From Chiloscyllium plagiosum (taxonomy: Eukaryota): DNA of 64,000 bases. Shown here in pieces: positions 12,362 to 23,959 of this stretch; position 1 is the stretch's first letter, and every line of letters starts with the position of its first letter. The stretch lies in contig NC_057719.1 of NCBI RefSeq assembly GCF_004010195.1, forward strand, positions 22,345,174-22,409,173, in the 5' to 3' direction. Position numbers and translations under genes: made by a program. The notes under the pieces are model-generated. The model ran no database searches and was not told the DNA's origin. It saw only the letters and a program-made list of their open reading frames with translations.

Positions 12362-13554
12362 AAAAAACAAAGAACTGCGGATGCTGGAAGTCAGAAACAA
12401 GACAGAATTGCTGGAAAAATTGAGCAGGTCTGGCAGCATTTTTGGAGCGAAAGCAGAGTTAATGTTTTGGGTCCGATGATCCATCTTCAGAACTGATTTT
12501 AACTCGTAAAGGGGTGATACATATGCTACAGATGGGATGGGGGAGAGAGGAGGAGTAAATGATAAATGGAGATTGAGCCCAGAGAGACAGAGAAACAGTT
12601 GGGCAGATAAAAGAATGGATAATAGTCAGACTGGGAGTAGCAATAGTTGCTTTTGGGGTCTATTAGTGGTTGACAATGTTTGTGGTAGCAACCCGTATAA
12701 TGGCAAGGTCTGGTGTGTGGGGTTTGGGGTAAGCACACGGAAGGAGGTGTTCAGGCCCTAAAATTATTGAATTCAATATTGAATCCAGAAGGCTAGAGGG
12801 AATACAATTGGAAATGGGATGTTGTTCTTTCAGCTTGCACTGAGCTTCACTGGAACATTGCAGCAATTCTGGGACAGAGATGTTGACCAGGGAGCACAGT
12901 GGTGTGTTGAAATGGCAGGTAACAGGAAGCTCAGGGTCATTTTTGTAGACAGAACGTGAGTGCTCTGTAAAGCAACTGCCCAGTCTGCTTTTTGTCTCCC
13001 CAGTATAGAGGAGACCACATTGTGAGCATGGAAAATGGAAGGCTAGATTGAGTGAAGTACAGGTAAATCGCTGCTTCACCTGGAAGGTGTGTCTGTGGCA
13101 TTGGATAGCGAAGAGGGAGGAAGTAAGTGGGCAAATGCATGGGAAGGTGTCGTTAGTGTTTGGGGAGGAGTTGGGAGTGGAGAAGGAGCAGACCAAGGTG
13201 TTCCAAAGGGAACAGTACCTGTGGAAGGCTGACAAGGGAGGGGAGGGAAATATGTATCTGATGAAAGCATCCTGCTTGAGGTGGTAGAAATGGCAGCTAA
13301 TGATCCTTTGGATGCTGATGTTGGATGCTGATGCCTATGTTGTTACATGAGAACCAGAGCGGCCTGTCACTATTGTGGGAGGGAAGAGAAGGGGGTGAGG
13401 GTTGAAGCATGGGAAATGGATCGAATACAACTGAGGTCCTTATCAGCCATGGTGTGGGGAATCCTTGATTGAGGAGGAAGATGGACATTTCTGAGGACCC
13501 CTTGTAGAAGCTGGTATCAATGAAACGTATGCGGCAGAGATGAAGAAACTTCCA
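12362..13554 (-). mobile_element. Penelope-like element 3' part with GIY-YIG endonuclease remnant
   Basis: ORF 12663-13235 contains QRFTCTSLNLAFHFPCSQCGLLYTGETKSRLGSCFTEH...PVTCHFN. Imperfect 13-bp TSD TTCACTTC(C/A)TCAA at 12349-12361 and 13555-13567. Confidence 0.9.
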
Positions 13555-13716
13555 TTCACTTCATCAATTCTGCCATTTGAGGCTTGCTTCTGGCTTGACT
13601 TGATTTCTGTCACAGTTACTGAGGACTTTTTTCCTGGGAAAATAAAGAAGTCAAATATTGTAATGATACTGTCTCTATTCAATCACTTCAGCATCTAGGA
13701 TCAGACTTAAAACTGT

Positions 13717-13756
13717 TTATTCCTGATGAAGGGCTTTTGCCCGAAACGTCGATTTT
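13717..13756 (+). ncRNA. Minimal type-I hammerhead ribozyme motif (Penelope-associated)
   Basis: CTGATGA (13723-13729), extra A, GGGC-TTTT-GCCC, GAAAC, GTC. Stem II is perfect, stem III is the palindrome ACGT, stem I is weak. It sits within a roughly 95-bp Penelope-derived insert (13717-13807). Confidence 0.65.
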
Positions 13757-14254
13757 GCTGCTTGTGGAAGGTGCCTGAATTGCTGTGCTCTTCCAGCACC
13801 ACTGATCCTTAAATCTGTCACTGCTTGTTATTCACCAAGCTGTGTTGCTCTCTAAGTTACATCTGTTGTAAATTGATTAATTTTGTCAAATAGTGTATAT
13901 TGTTCATTGGTTATCTTATTCACGGATTTCCTCCTGACTCATGCAACTTGAGCACTTTTCAGTGTTAATAGCAGTGCAAATCATTTGTGCCAATCCACTA
14001 TAGTCAAAGGTTCCCATCTTGTTCACAGTATGAAACAAATTTCTTATGCTGACACAACTAATCTCAATGGATTCTTTGATTTGTTTAAATTCCTACACGA
14101 GTCTAGGGAACCTTATGCAATCTTGGAGATTGTCTATAGACCAGTTGTTACACAGCTAAGTGTTCTCTGACTGAATGTGCCTTGACTGGTTTTTCCTTAC
14201 CTTTACATTATTTAAATCTTCTGCCATTTGAAGAAGTTGGTAGCGTCGGATGCT

Positions 14255-14645
14255 GATGGGTGACCTTATGGAGGTTTATAAATCATGAGTGGCTTGGATA
14301 AGGTAAATAGACAAGGCTTTTTTCCCTGGGGTGAGGGAGTCCAAACCTAGAAGGTGTAGGTTTAGAGTGAGAGGGGAAAGATTTAAAAGAGACCTAAGGG
14401 TCAACGTTTTCACACTGAGGGTGGGATGTGTATGAAATGAACTGGCAGAGGAAGTGGTGGAGGCTGGTACAATTGCAGCATTTAAAAGGCACCTGGATGT
14501 GTATATGAATAGGAAAGGTTTAGAGGGATATGGGCCAAGTGCTGGCAAATGGAACTGGATTAGGTTGGGATATCTGGTCGGCATGGACGAGCTGGACCAA
14601 AAGATCTGTTTCCGTGCTGTACATCTCTATGACTGTATGACTGTA
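14255..14645 (+). mobile_element. CR1 LINE 3' fragment
   Basis: GGGTGACCTTATGGAGGTTTATAAAATCATG through the CTCTATGACTGTATGACT tail. Encodes VEAGTIAAFKRHLDVYM. Confidence 0.92.
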
Positions 14646-16432
14646 AGATATGCCATCCTATTTAAGAGTGCAAATTCTTGAATGTGAAGTATGTTTTCTG
14701 CTGTTTAGCACTCCCTGTATAGGAAACTTTCTTTTAGCATAGCTCTTACGTTAAGGCTAAACCTCCTAGACAATTTTTGCATTGATGGCTCTTGCTGTGT
14801 TTCCTTAAATATGACTCACTTTATGATAATATAACCACAACCCCTTTGGTGTCTAAATTTAGCTTTGTGAGATGAACATTCATAAATATTAGCTCGTCAA
14901 AATATGAGCTCTAGGAACACTTTCCTCTGTTGTGGGTCTTCTACCTCATTTCCCTTTGTGTGGGTAGATGTTGGATTTGTTGCTTTTCTGAAATTCTCTC
15001 CCACTTCTAAGCATTTTCTGAAAGTGATATACCACAGATGAAGCATGAATCTTTAATAGCTGAATACTGTCTATACCTCTGAGGTTTCTTTGATCCATAT
15101 TGCTGACAGTTTCTGGTACCTGTCCTGCACACTGCAATCATTTCTCATATGAGACATTTGTTGTTTTGTCCATGAGGAATTGATTGGATTCTGGAGATCT
15201 CTTGTGCTAATGTTGATCTTCTCCTCATAGGACTGGTTTATGTTGCTTCTGAAGTTATGCTTCATTCAACACCCAAATGGCTTTCTTTAGAGTCAAGTCT
15301 TCATTGGACCCTAATAAATCTGACAAAAAGTCTTGTCAGCAAGTTCAATGGTAACTCTGTTTCTTATTCTGACTTGAACATTAGCTTCTATATTAGCATT
15401 TTTCCACTAACCTGGAAAAGGCTTTCAATACCTCTTCATAAATATATGTTTTTTCTTTTACCCCTTGGTGAGCTTTAACATCATCATATACATTCCCAGT
15501 TGTGTATTTACTTATTCAGTTTCTGATTTTATATCTATTTTGAAAGCTGTTCTGTATGTCACAAACTATTTTCTCCAAGATGTCCAATTCCATGACTTTT
15601 AGTCCATCTTTAAAATTAGGTCTGCCAGTCAATTTTTATTTCTCATGGAGAGCAGTTTTGCAGTTACAATGGATGATTCCCACATTCTTGCAGCTAAACT
15701 GGAAGATTTCAACTTTTCACAGGTTCGGATGGAACAATCATACTTTTTCACATTTTCACTGCATGAATCCCATTGTTTGGAGCTTTGATAAATTGTTTCT
15801 GCTTTAATAAAGGTTTTGCTGAATGATCCCCACTTCTTCCAGATTACAATAATGTCCCAGTTTTATTGTGGATCTGGATGATTTCCTGTGTATTCTATGC
15901 CTAAGTAAAGTTTCCCAAATGTTCTATACTCCTTTGACCAGACTTGTATAGGTTTTTAATCTGCTGAATGTTATTGTTCCAATTATTGGCATTACAAAGT
16001 GCCCAAGACTATAATCTTAATTAATATTTCTTTTGCATGAATTTATTCCACTTCTGTATCTAGGACTCATGGTGCATGCTTGTTTTAACTGTGACATACA
16101 AACTGATCTGTAAGTTTTTCTTTTAACTTTTGCTTTTCCAGTGTGGATTATGGTGCTATTTTAAAGTTTCCAATGATGTACCATTGCACCTTTTATTTTA
16201 ACCTGAACTCTATATTCCTGCATATACATAATAATCTTTCATCCCCTTGGTTATCAAGAAACGGTCTATCTCTGCTTTAAATTGGATAGTGCAATTATCT
16301 TTGTTGACTTCCAGTCCAGAGGGACCAACCTAAAGTTCTAAAAGTAGCACCAATGCATCCATGACCTCTGCAGCCACATCTTCAGAAATGGCAGGATGTA
16401 GAACATCAGGTCTAGATTTTCTGTCAACATTT

Positions 16433-16767
16433 ATAGAATCCCTACAGTATGGAAGCAAACCATTTGGCCCATCCAATACGCTTCAACCCTCTGAAGAGCA
16501 TCCCACCCAGATCCATCCTATTCCTGTAGCCATCCATTTCCTATAGTTCATCCACCCTAGCCTACACATTGCTGACACCATGGGCAATTTAGCATGGCCA
16601 ATCCACCTAACCTACACATCTTTGGGCTATGGGAGGAAAAGAGAGCAAACCCACATAGAAACAGAGAGAATATATAAACTCCATATAGTTGCCTGAGGCT
16701 GGAATTGAACCCAGGGTGCTGGTACTGTGAAGCAGCAGTGCTAACCAATGAGTCATCATGCCATCCC
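16433..16767 (-). mobile_element. HE1/V-SINE-type SINE (diverged)
   Basis: Same head, V-domain and tail as the copy at 5165-5455. Confidence 0.85.
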
Positions 16768-16775
16768 AAAACTGT

Positions 16776-17095
16776 CAATCAGTCACAACTCATATCTCAC
16801 AATCTCACCTCTGAACCAGACTATTCAAGATTCAGATTTAAGTTCAGGAACTTGAACACAAAAGCTGGACTGAAACCAATTTAGTGCTCTGGGAATCCAA
16901 AGCCCCATTCAAACATTTGAAATATTCTATGGCAACTTCTTAAAGAAACCTAAGGATATTTTCCCTGGACTCTTCATCAATAATTATCATTTACTCAAAG
17001 AAACACACTATCTACATGTTGCTGATTATGTGATTTACTGTGTGCAAATTGTTTTCTGACATATTATTCAATAAATAATGTCCATTTTTAAAGAT
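16776..17095 (+). mobile_element. Degenerate Deu-domain SINE, copy 1 of a local duplication
   Basis: Colinear with 17783-18170. Deu-like blocks (AGCCCCAT...TATGGCAAC...TTCCCTGG...AATAATTATC...GTGCAAATTG). Confidence 0.55.
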
Positions 17096-17782
17096 CCTTA
17101 ACTTGTTTTGTTCTTTGAATTTGCACTATTTCCAGAAATATCTATGCATTCTAACTTGAAAACACATGTCAGTATTTATTCAATATCTCTGGCAAATCTT
17201 TAGTGCCCACTATAATATTTTCTATTACTGCTTTTAAGAGACTTTTGTTTACTTTCACTACTTTCTCTCCTTTCACTTATCCTCAGAAACTTTAATAATC
17301 TGTTTCATACCTCTCGCTATTCTCTCTCGATCAATTTTGTTGTGAATCTTTGTCGAATTCTAAAATCCTCCCAACATTTCAGGATTACCATTCCATTTGG
17401 TATAACTAAAAGTCTCTTCCTTCACCACTTACATTACAATCTTTGACATTAGCTGTTAGCTTTGGTTTGTCCACTTTATTACAAGGTTTTTGTTTTAGTG
17501 TTGCATACATTTGTTGTGAATTATATCTTTAAATGTTTGCCAAAAGTTATCCATCACTATAACTTTCCAGTTAGTTTCCCAATTGCCAATTCATACTCAC
17601 TTACGTAGTTTGTTTTGTTCTGACTTAAGAGACTTGTTTTAGAATTAAGCAATAAATTTCTCATTTGAAATTTGTGATGTAACTTGTTCACTGAAAAAGT
17701 GACAGATTTCTGGAACACTTTATTAAGGGAAGGCCAGTGAAGCTTTAATGGATAAAGCGAAAACCGCAACAAAATAAACTTC

Positions 17783-18170
17783 CAATCAATCACAACTTAT
17801 GTCTCACAATCACACCTCAAAACCAGAATATTGAAGATTTAGGTTAAAGTTCAGTAACTTGAACATAGAATCTGGACTGAAACTAATGCAGTGTTATGGG
17901 AAACCGAAGCCCCATCCAACCATATGAAATATCCCATGACAACATCTTAAAGAAGTCTGAGGATATTTTCCCTGGCTTCTTAGTCAATAATTATCCATTT
18001 GTCTCAGAAATAAAATATGTACATGTTGCTGATTGTGTGACTCACTGTGTGCTAATTGTTTGCCACATTCCATCTGTAACAAGACTAAGCCCATTTTAAA
18101 ACATACTTTGTAAATCGGACAGTGCTTTGGGATAAGCTGCAGTTATGAAACGTATGAAATGAACTCAAAT
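17783..18170 (+). mobile_element. Degenerate Deu-domain SINE, copy 2
   Basis: Same blocks as copy 1, plus the GTGCTTTGGGA...GTTATGAAA L2-like tail. Confidence 0.6.
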
Positions 18171-19311
18171 TTTTTTATTGCTCTTTTCTTTGAGCAGTGA
18201 AGGTAAAAGATATTGATTCTTCAGGTGCAAATCTTCATCAGAACGGAAAACTGAAGGATAAGCAAATTTCTTTATAAATTTGAAGTAAATGGAAGGATGA
18301 AATAAAAGAAATTCCATTCCAGTGAGAAAGTAAATGGGTTGGATCTGTTAGATGACATTAAAGATTATCACAAGGCAAAGAAAAGACATTTTAAAAATGG
18401 CAAAACAACATGAAATTTGCTAACATGCTGTAAAATCGAGGAAGATGCCGAACAGAAGGAATTGACCCCATTGTCACTGAAGCATTAGTTGAGCCTGGTT
18501 AAAGTAGTGGACGGAATCATGGAGGGTTAAGATAAGAACGGCAGAGGGATTAAGTAGTAAGGCAAAGACAGTGTAAGATTCACAAATAATTACTTTCGTT
18601 TATTGAAAGGCAAATTATTGAGAATATAATAAAGTAGGTCAGTAGATTTGAGTCATTATAAAACAAATTAAATGAGTAATAACTAACTCAACTCTTAAGT
18701 ATTTTCTGTAGAGTAACTTAGATTTCCATAGAGACGTAATCCGAATTACCTAATTCTAGCTGGTATAGGTATACAAGGCCTTTGGCTTGACAACCCATGT
18801 AAAAAACAAGTTGCAGGATTCTTGCTCCTGATTGTGCATGTGTTAGGTTTCTTGATAGTTGTAAACTAGGCCTGTTTTAGGAGTCCTCTGCTAAATTGGC
18901 AAATGCTAAATGGAACAGAAACTTTTAGCAGCCACAATGATATGTTGATGTGAAATCAAAAGAAATTAGTGATCTCTTCTAGGCTCCACACCAGGTCTGG
19001 AATCTGCTATTAACTCATGATCCACCCTTCTATTGCACTTCCTAAGATTTAACTAATAGTTGCTACTGGCAAGAGACAGAGCCTGAAATTTATCCTTCTC
19101 AAATAGACATGTGGCCTCTGGAGATGCAACAGGCACACAGCAACTTGTCCAAATTGATACAGGTGGACTGAGGGTTAATCTCAGCTGTGCCTCAGGCCTC
19201 CAGACTCATCCGTGAGTCTTTAACCATTTCAAAACCAATGCCTCATATGACAATGTAGAACAGAATTTGGAGATATTAGTGGTCTGATAGCTACTAGGCA
19301 ATCTTAACCCA

Positions 19312-19824
19312 ACCACCCCGTGGCTCAACACTTCAACTCCCCCTCCCACTCCAACGACATGCAGGTCCTTGGACTCCTCCATCGCCAGACCATAGCAACA
19401 CGACAGTTGGAGGAAGAGCACCTCATCTTCTGCCTAGGAACCCTCCAACCACAAGGGATGAACTCAGATTTCTCCAGTTTCTTCATTTCCCCTCCCCCCA
19501 CCTTGTCTCAGTCCCAACCCTCGAACTCAGCACCGCCTTCCTAACCTGCAATCTTCTTCCTGACCTCTCCGCCCCCACCCCCACTCCGGCCTATCACCCT
19601 CACCTTAACCTCCTTCCACCTATCGCATTTCCAACGCCCCTCCCCCAAGTCCCTCCTCCCTACCTTTTATCTTAGCCTGCTTGGCACACTTTCCTCATTC
19701 CTGATGAAGGGCTCATACCCGAAACGTCGATTCTCCTGCTCCTTGGATGCTGCCTGACCTGCTGCGCTTTTCCAGCAACACATGTTCAGCTCTGATCTCC
19801 AGCATCTGCAGTCCTCACTTTCTC
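19312..19824 (+). mobile_element. Young 5'-truncated Penelope-like element (GIY-YIG C-terminus plus 3' repeat)
   Basis: ORF 19320-19544 reads AQHFNSPSHSNDMQVLGL...RQLEEEHLIFCLGTLQPQGMN. Perfect 13-bp TSD CAATCTTAACCCA at 19299-19311 and 19825-19837. Confidence 0.92.
19695..19734 (+). ncRNA. Minimal hammerhead ribozyme motif in the Penelope 3' repeat
   Basis: CTGATGA (19701-19707), extra A, GGG-CTCATA-CCC, GAAAC (19721-19725), GTC. Confidence 0.65.
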
Positions 19825-20369
19825 CAATCTTAACCCAGCTGACAACCACCATCTACAAAGGCTGAATTGATAAAGGAAAGAAAATTGGCAACAATGTAAT
19901 GAGAATCCAGAAAATTCTAGAAATCCAAAAAGAAGGTCAAATTAAGTATACCCATCTGTATTGTTTGTCGAGCTCTTTCATTCTTTAGATATTCTTAGAT
20001 ATTTCTTCATTTCAGATTCACTCCTCACTTTCTTCCAGTTTCACAAGGTTTTCCCATGTTCTTCGTTTGCATAAAACATTGAATGATGTACAATGAACAA
20101 ACAAAATCTGTTACTTTTGTCACTGGTTATAGAAAATTTAAATCAACCATTCCTATGTGTTGCTGCACTCTAGAGTAGATGGATGTTTAACCAGTATCTT
20201 CCAGCAAAGAAATAGGGACAATGCCACTGCACCATTACAGCTCACCAAATGCCTGTTATATGCTTTATCTCAATGTGATGCTTCTTGGTTTCAGCACTAC
20301 ATTCAGCCTCATTTCATGATTAATTTTAACCATGTTGTATTAGAACAAAAATATGCAGCAATGGCTAAA

Positions 20370-20421
20370 TATATATAGTCTATATATGCTCACATGTATA
20401 TATAGATATATATATATATAT
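20370..20421. repeat. Imperfect (TA)n microsatellite
   Basis: ATATATAG...TATATATAGATATATATATATATA. Confidence 0.8.
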
Positions 20422-20869
20422 TTCATTTAAAAGGAATATTTAAGGTATAAAAATTAAATTAAAAATAAGAAAATAGCTGTCAAGCCTGCTCAGCCATTCA
20501 ATATGATCATGACTGATGCTGGGAAATAAATCCACATCCCTTTTGATTCCCATATCCCTTGATTTCCCCAAGAGACAAAAATTCTGTCCTTCTCAGTCTT
20601 AAATTTATACAGTGGTGGCCAGGCAACTTTCTCTCTCTCTCCAAAATGTTGCAATATCTGACATTCAGACTCCAGCTTATTAATCCTGAGTTGAGTTTCC
20701 TCAATCTGCAGAGAGTTCCTGCAAATGTTGTTATCAAGCATGGTGTGGGTGTCTATATGATCCCACATGTTTTAGCTAATGACATATCTCAAATATGTAT
20801 GTCTCATATCTTCATTGTGCTTTAGTTAACTAATTATGTTTCAAGTATAGAAATATAACTCATCAAGTA

Positions 20870-22560
20870 GTTGTATTGAGTAGTTTGAATCTCCCTGAAA
20901 AGATACATTTGTCAAGGCTTTCCACCTGCAATCATCAGGAAAAGAGGATTGTAATTGGGAGAGATATTGACATGGAGAATGTACCAGTTAGATGATGGCT
21001 GACAGTTAATGTCCAGTATGTGCATGTTGTAACGATGCTGCCCCTTGAACAAGGTTATTTTGTCCTTGACATTTTTTAAAGAGAGGTTGTAAAGGCAGAG
21101 GTGCTGAAATGTCTGACAATAAGCCTAGTTTAACAATGGCAGCGGAGTGGCCAGTTCTCCCAGTTCAGTGTTTTTCTAGTTTCTTTTAATTGTAACAGTG
21201 AGAAGTTGCTGCCATCCAGAGAAAGATTCCAAGCTTCAGCAGATGATTCCGACTGGCTTCTCTCTCTGGAATCTCTTCTGCCTGTAAGAACCTGTGTTTG
21301 AATTTACTTTTTGCCAAGCGGTGTGTTTAAGGGATATTGTGGGAATTGGAAAGCTCTTTAGTTGAGTTGCTCTATTAAATTGGTTTGGTTTTCAAATAAT
21401 TAAATTATTCAAAATTCTGTTTTCTATTGTTTGTGTTTCAATTGTAGTGTTTAAATAAATAATGTTTTGCTTCAAGCTGAGTGGTTTGTCCAGCTGCATC
21501 ACTTCTTGGCTATCCACTCTACATCTGCCTTTAAAATAAGAAAAAGTTAGGATCTGGGCTACCTTCTGAAATATTTTGACAGAGTCTTGCTTGCACGACA
21601 TTGTGCACTAAATTGCAAGCTAAACAGACAATTGTAAACAGGCTGTCAGCATAATTCTTGGTGCAATCAGTATAATTTAGTAAATGTTATCCAATCTTGG
21701 AATCATAGCTAACATTAGATCATTTTTCGTTGTATATTGTGCAGTTTCATGCACAGGCCTAAGGCCCTTGGTTTTGGGCCAGAATAATATCCAGGCTGTC
21801 TCAGATTACTGTGTAAGGACAAAGTATGTCAAAATTATGAGCAATGGCTGAAGCTAGCTATTTTACATTGCTACAATCCAGTTGCAACAGAAAAGGTATT
21901 CATAATGAATAGGTGCTTCTGTCAGGCTAGGAAGATGTTCTGCCTATCACATAAGTCAGTTATGATGTTAGGTACATAGGCCCAATGACTGATGGGTAGT
22001 TTTCAAACAGAACATCCTCAAAGCAGTTTGCAACAAGCAAGATACTAGCTGTACCCAACCTGTCCATAGTATTAAATTCAAAGCACAGTGTCCAACATTA
22101 AATGTGATTCAGTTATTGGCTAATGTTATTAAATAACTTTGGGCATGGTCTGAATTACATTGCCAAACAATTTTGGAATGTCAGTTGGACTTACAATGTG
22201 GTGCACTTGCACATACTGGAAGCTACTGACAAACAAAAAGAACATGTGACCATGATGCACCTGTTTCAACCGAGCAGAACAAGTCACAGCCATTCTCTGA
22301 TCCATTTCTCAGAGCAATCAGAGTCAACAGCAGCTGGTTTAAAATTTCAACAAAACGTGGAAGTTAGCTGTCTGCCATCATCTAACTGGTGCATTCTCCA
22401 TTGCAAAAGCTCACCAAATAGAGTCGACATGTAAACCGATCAGTGCTTTCTTCTCATACGATATAAACATTATGTATGCATTTTTTGGAAATTGTCCTGA
22501 TAAGTGCAAGATGAAAAACGTCCACAAAATGTGTTTTTTGTCTCAATAGTCAAGTTCTGT
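20870..22560 (+). mobile_element. Old Penelope-like element of a second family, with an inverted terminal-repeat copy upstream and interrupted by a solo LTR
   Basis: ORF 22123-22434 remnant LLNN...VVHLHILEATDKQKEHVTMMHLF resembles the PLE GIY-YIG C-terminus. Degenerate hammerhead core at 22492-22527 (+) and an inverted counterpart at about 20905-20945. Confidence 0.6.
21028..21600 (+). mobile_element. Probable solo LTR (573 bp)
   Basis: TGT...ACA termini, near-TSD ATGT/TTGT and AATAAA at about 21454. A related 3'-end sequence occurs inverted at 59397-59543. Confidence 0.6.
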
Positions 22561-23959
22561 ATTGCCAAATGACTATTAACTATTTCCTTTGACTAATAAA
22601 TTAAATCCAACACTAATACTTCTCCAGTATTATTTCAAATTCTGATATAGAGGGTTGAAATCTTAGAAAACGCCAAGCATTCATTCACCTGCTCACTTAA
22701 TTAATGCCTTTAATAAATCATTAGTGACTGGAGGGTGAGTAACGGTCCAAAAAGCAGCACGAGCTTCCTTCTCTGCACCAAATTTCCAAGTAGCACTTCT
22801 GCTTCTCACACCCAATCTGCATTGTTTCTACTTTGCTCTTACTCTATGCATTCATAAAACCTATCTACATGTTTGTCCCAAACATGATTGGAAATAATTA
22901 GTTTGAAGTGTTGGTATTAATTTTATTTTTCATTAAAGATGATTCACTGCCACCCACTCAATGCTATCAACCAAGATAAATTTGTACGGTCACACAACAG
23001 TATTTAAATTAATGGTTTGAAACATCATTATAAATTTTTAAATTGAACAGACAGTGTAGAAAAGTGCTTTAGAGAAAGAAATCTGCCATCCTTACCTGGT
23101 CTAGCCTAGATGTGATTTGAGCCCATTAGCAATATGGTTGTCCTGCACAATTAGAGATGGACAATAAATGATAAGCATAACTAGCAAATCCCACATCCTA
23201 AGAATGAATAAAAGAAAAATAAACTTAGCACAGCATTTCTAGGATTTCAGGTGAAGTCTTCACTCCATTTTCCACTTTGAGAAGCCAATAGCCAGTTAAA
23301 ATATCAGAGACAAATATTTCATCTATGGCCCCGACTTCACTTGAATGGCTTGACTCTTCTCTTTCATGTTTTGTGTTCTTTCATGTTTATTTTCATTTTC
23401 CACCGATTGTATTTATTTCTCTTCTTTGAGGAAAATATCACTGTCTTCTCATATAGTTTTCCAAAGCAAGAATATCCAAATGACAGCAAGTTGTCCCAGA
23501 TTTTTGACAACAGAGCTGTTGCAATTCAATCACAATCCTTACTTGCTGATGAGTGTTTGAATTTTTCAGGTTTGGAGGTTTGTGAAGCCCTGGTCTTATT
23601 GTCATTATTTAAATAAATTGTAAATTCAATAAACACTTGAATAACAGTAACCTGAGATATACAAAATAAATAACTTGTGGAGCAATAGTAATGTCCTTAC
23701 CTCAGAGCCAGAAGATTTCTGAAGTGTGTAAGAACTATTTTGAATAACTTGATTTGGAAGTATCACTATAAGTTAATAAGATAATTGATTTAATGTTTAA
23801 ATGTTCTGACAACAATCACCTGCCTCCAATCCTGTTAACTCCTATTGACTGGTGTTCTTCCTTCTCTCATTTGCCTCTAACCTAAGAATATCAACAGGTC
23901 TCCTCAATGTCTAAACTGATAAAACCAAAAGGGCCTGCTTCTCAAAAGGCAACTAAGAG

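Larger units (their letters stand above)
11650..15700 (-). mobile_element. Fossil Ty3/Gypsy LTR retrotransposon (gag, Zn knuckles, protease, pol C-terminus) with nested insertions
   Basis: Manual minus-strand translation gives: NWTSWRK*FVTYRTAFKIDIKSETE*VNT (about 15595-15500, gag N-terminus); IRNRVTIELADKT/SDLLGSNEDLTLKKAI (about 15375-15275); CQQYGSKKPQRYRQYSAIKDSCFICGI/HFQKMLRS (about 15110-15005, degenerate double knuckle); NVHLTKLNLDTKGVVVILS (about 14880-14825, aspartic protease); and a weaker pol-end match SPRETNVIKSPPVYRN...KLPACLNL* (about 12130-11958). Outer boundaries are uncertain. Confidence 0.75.
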
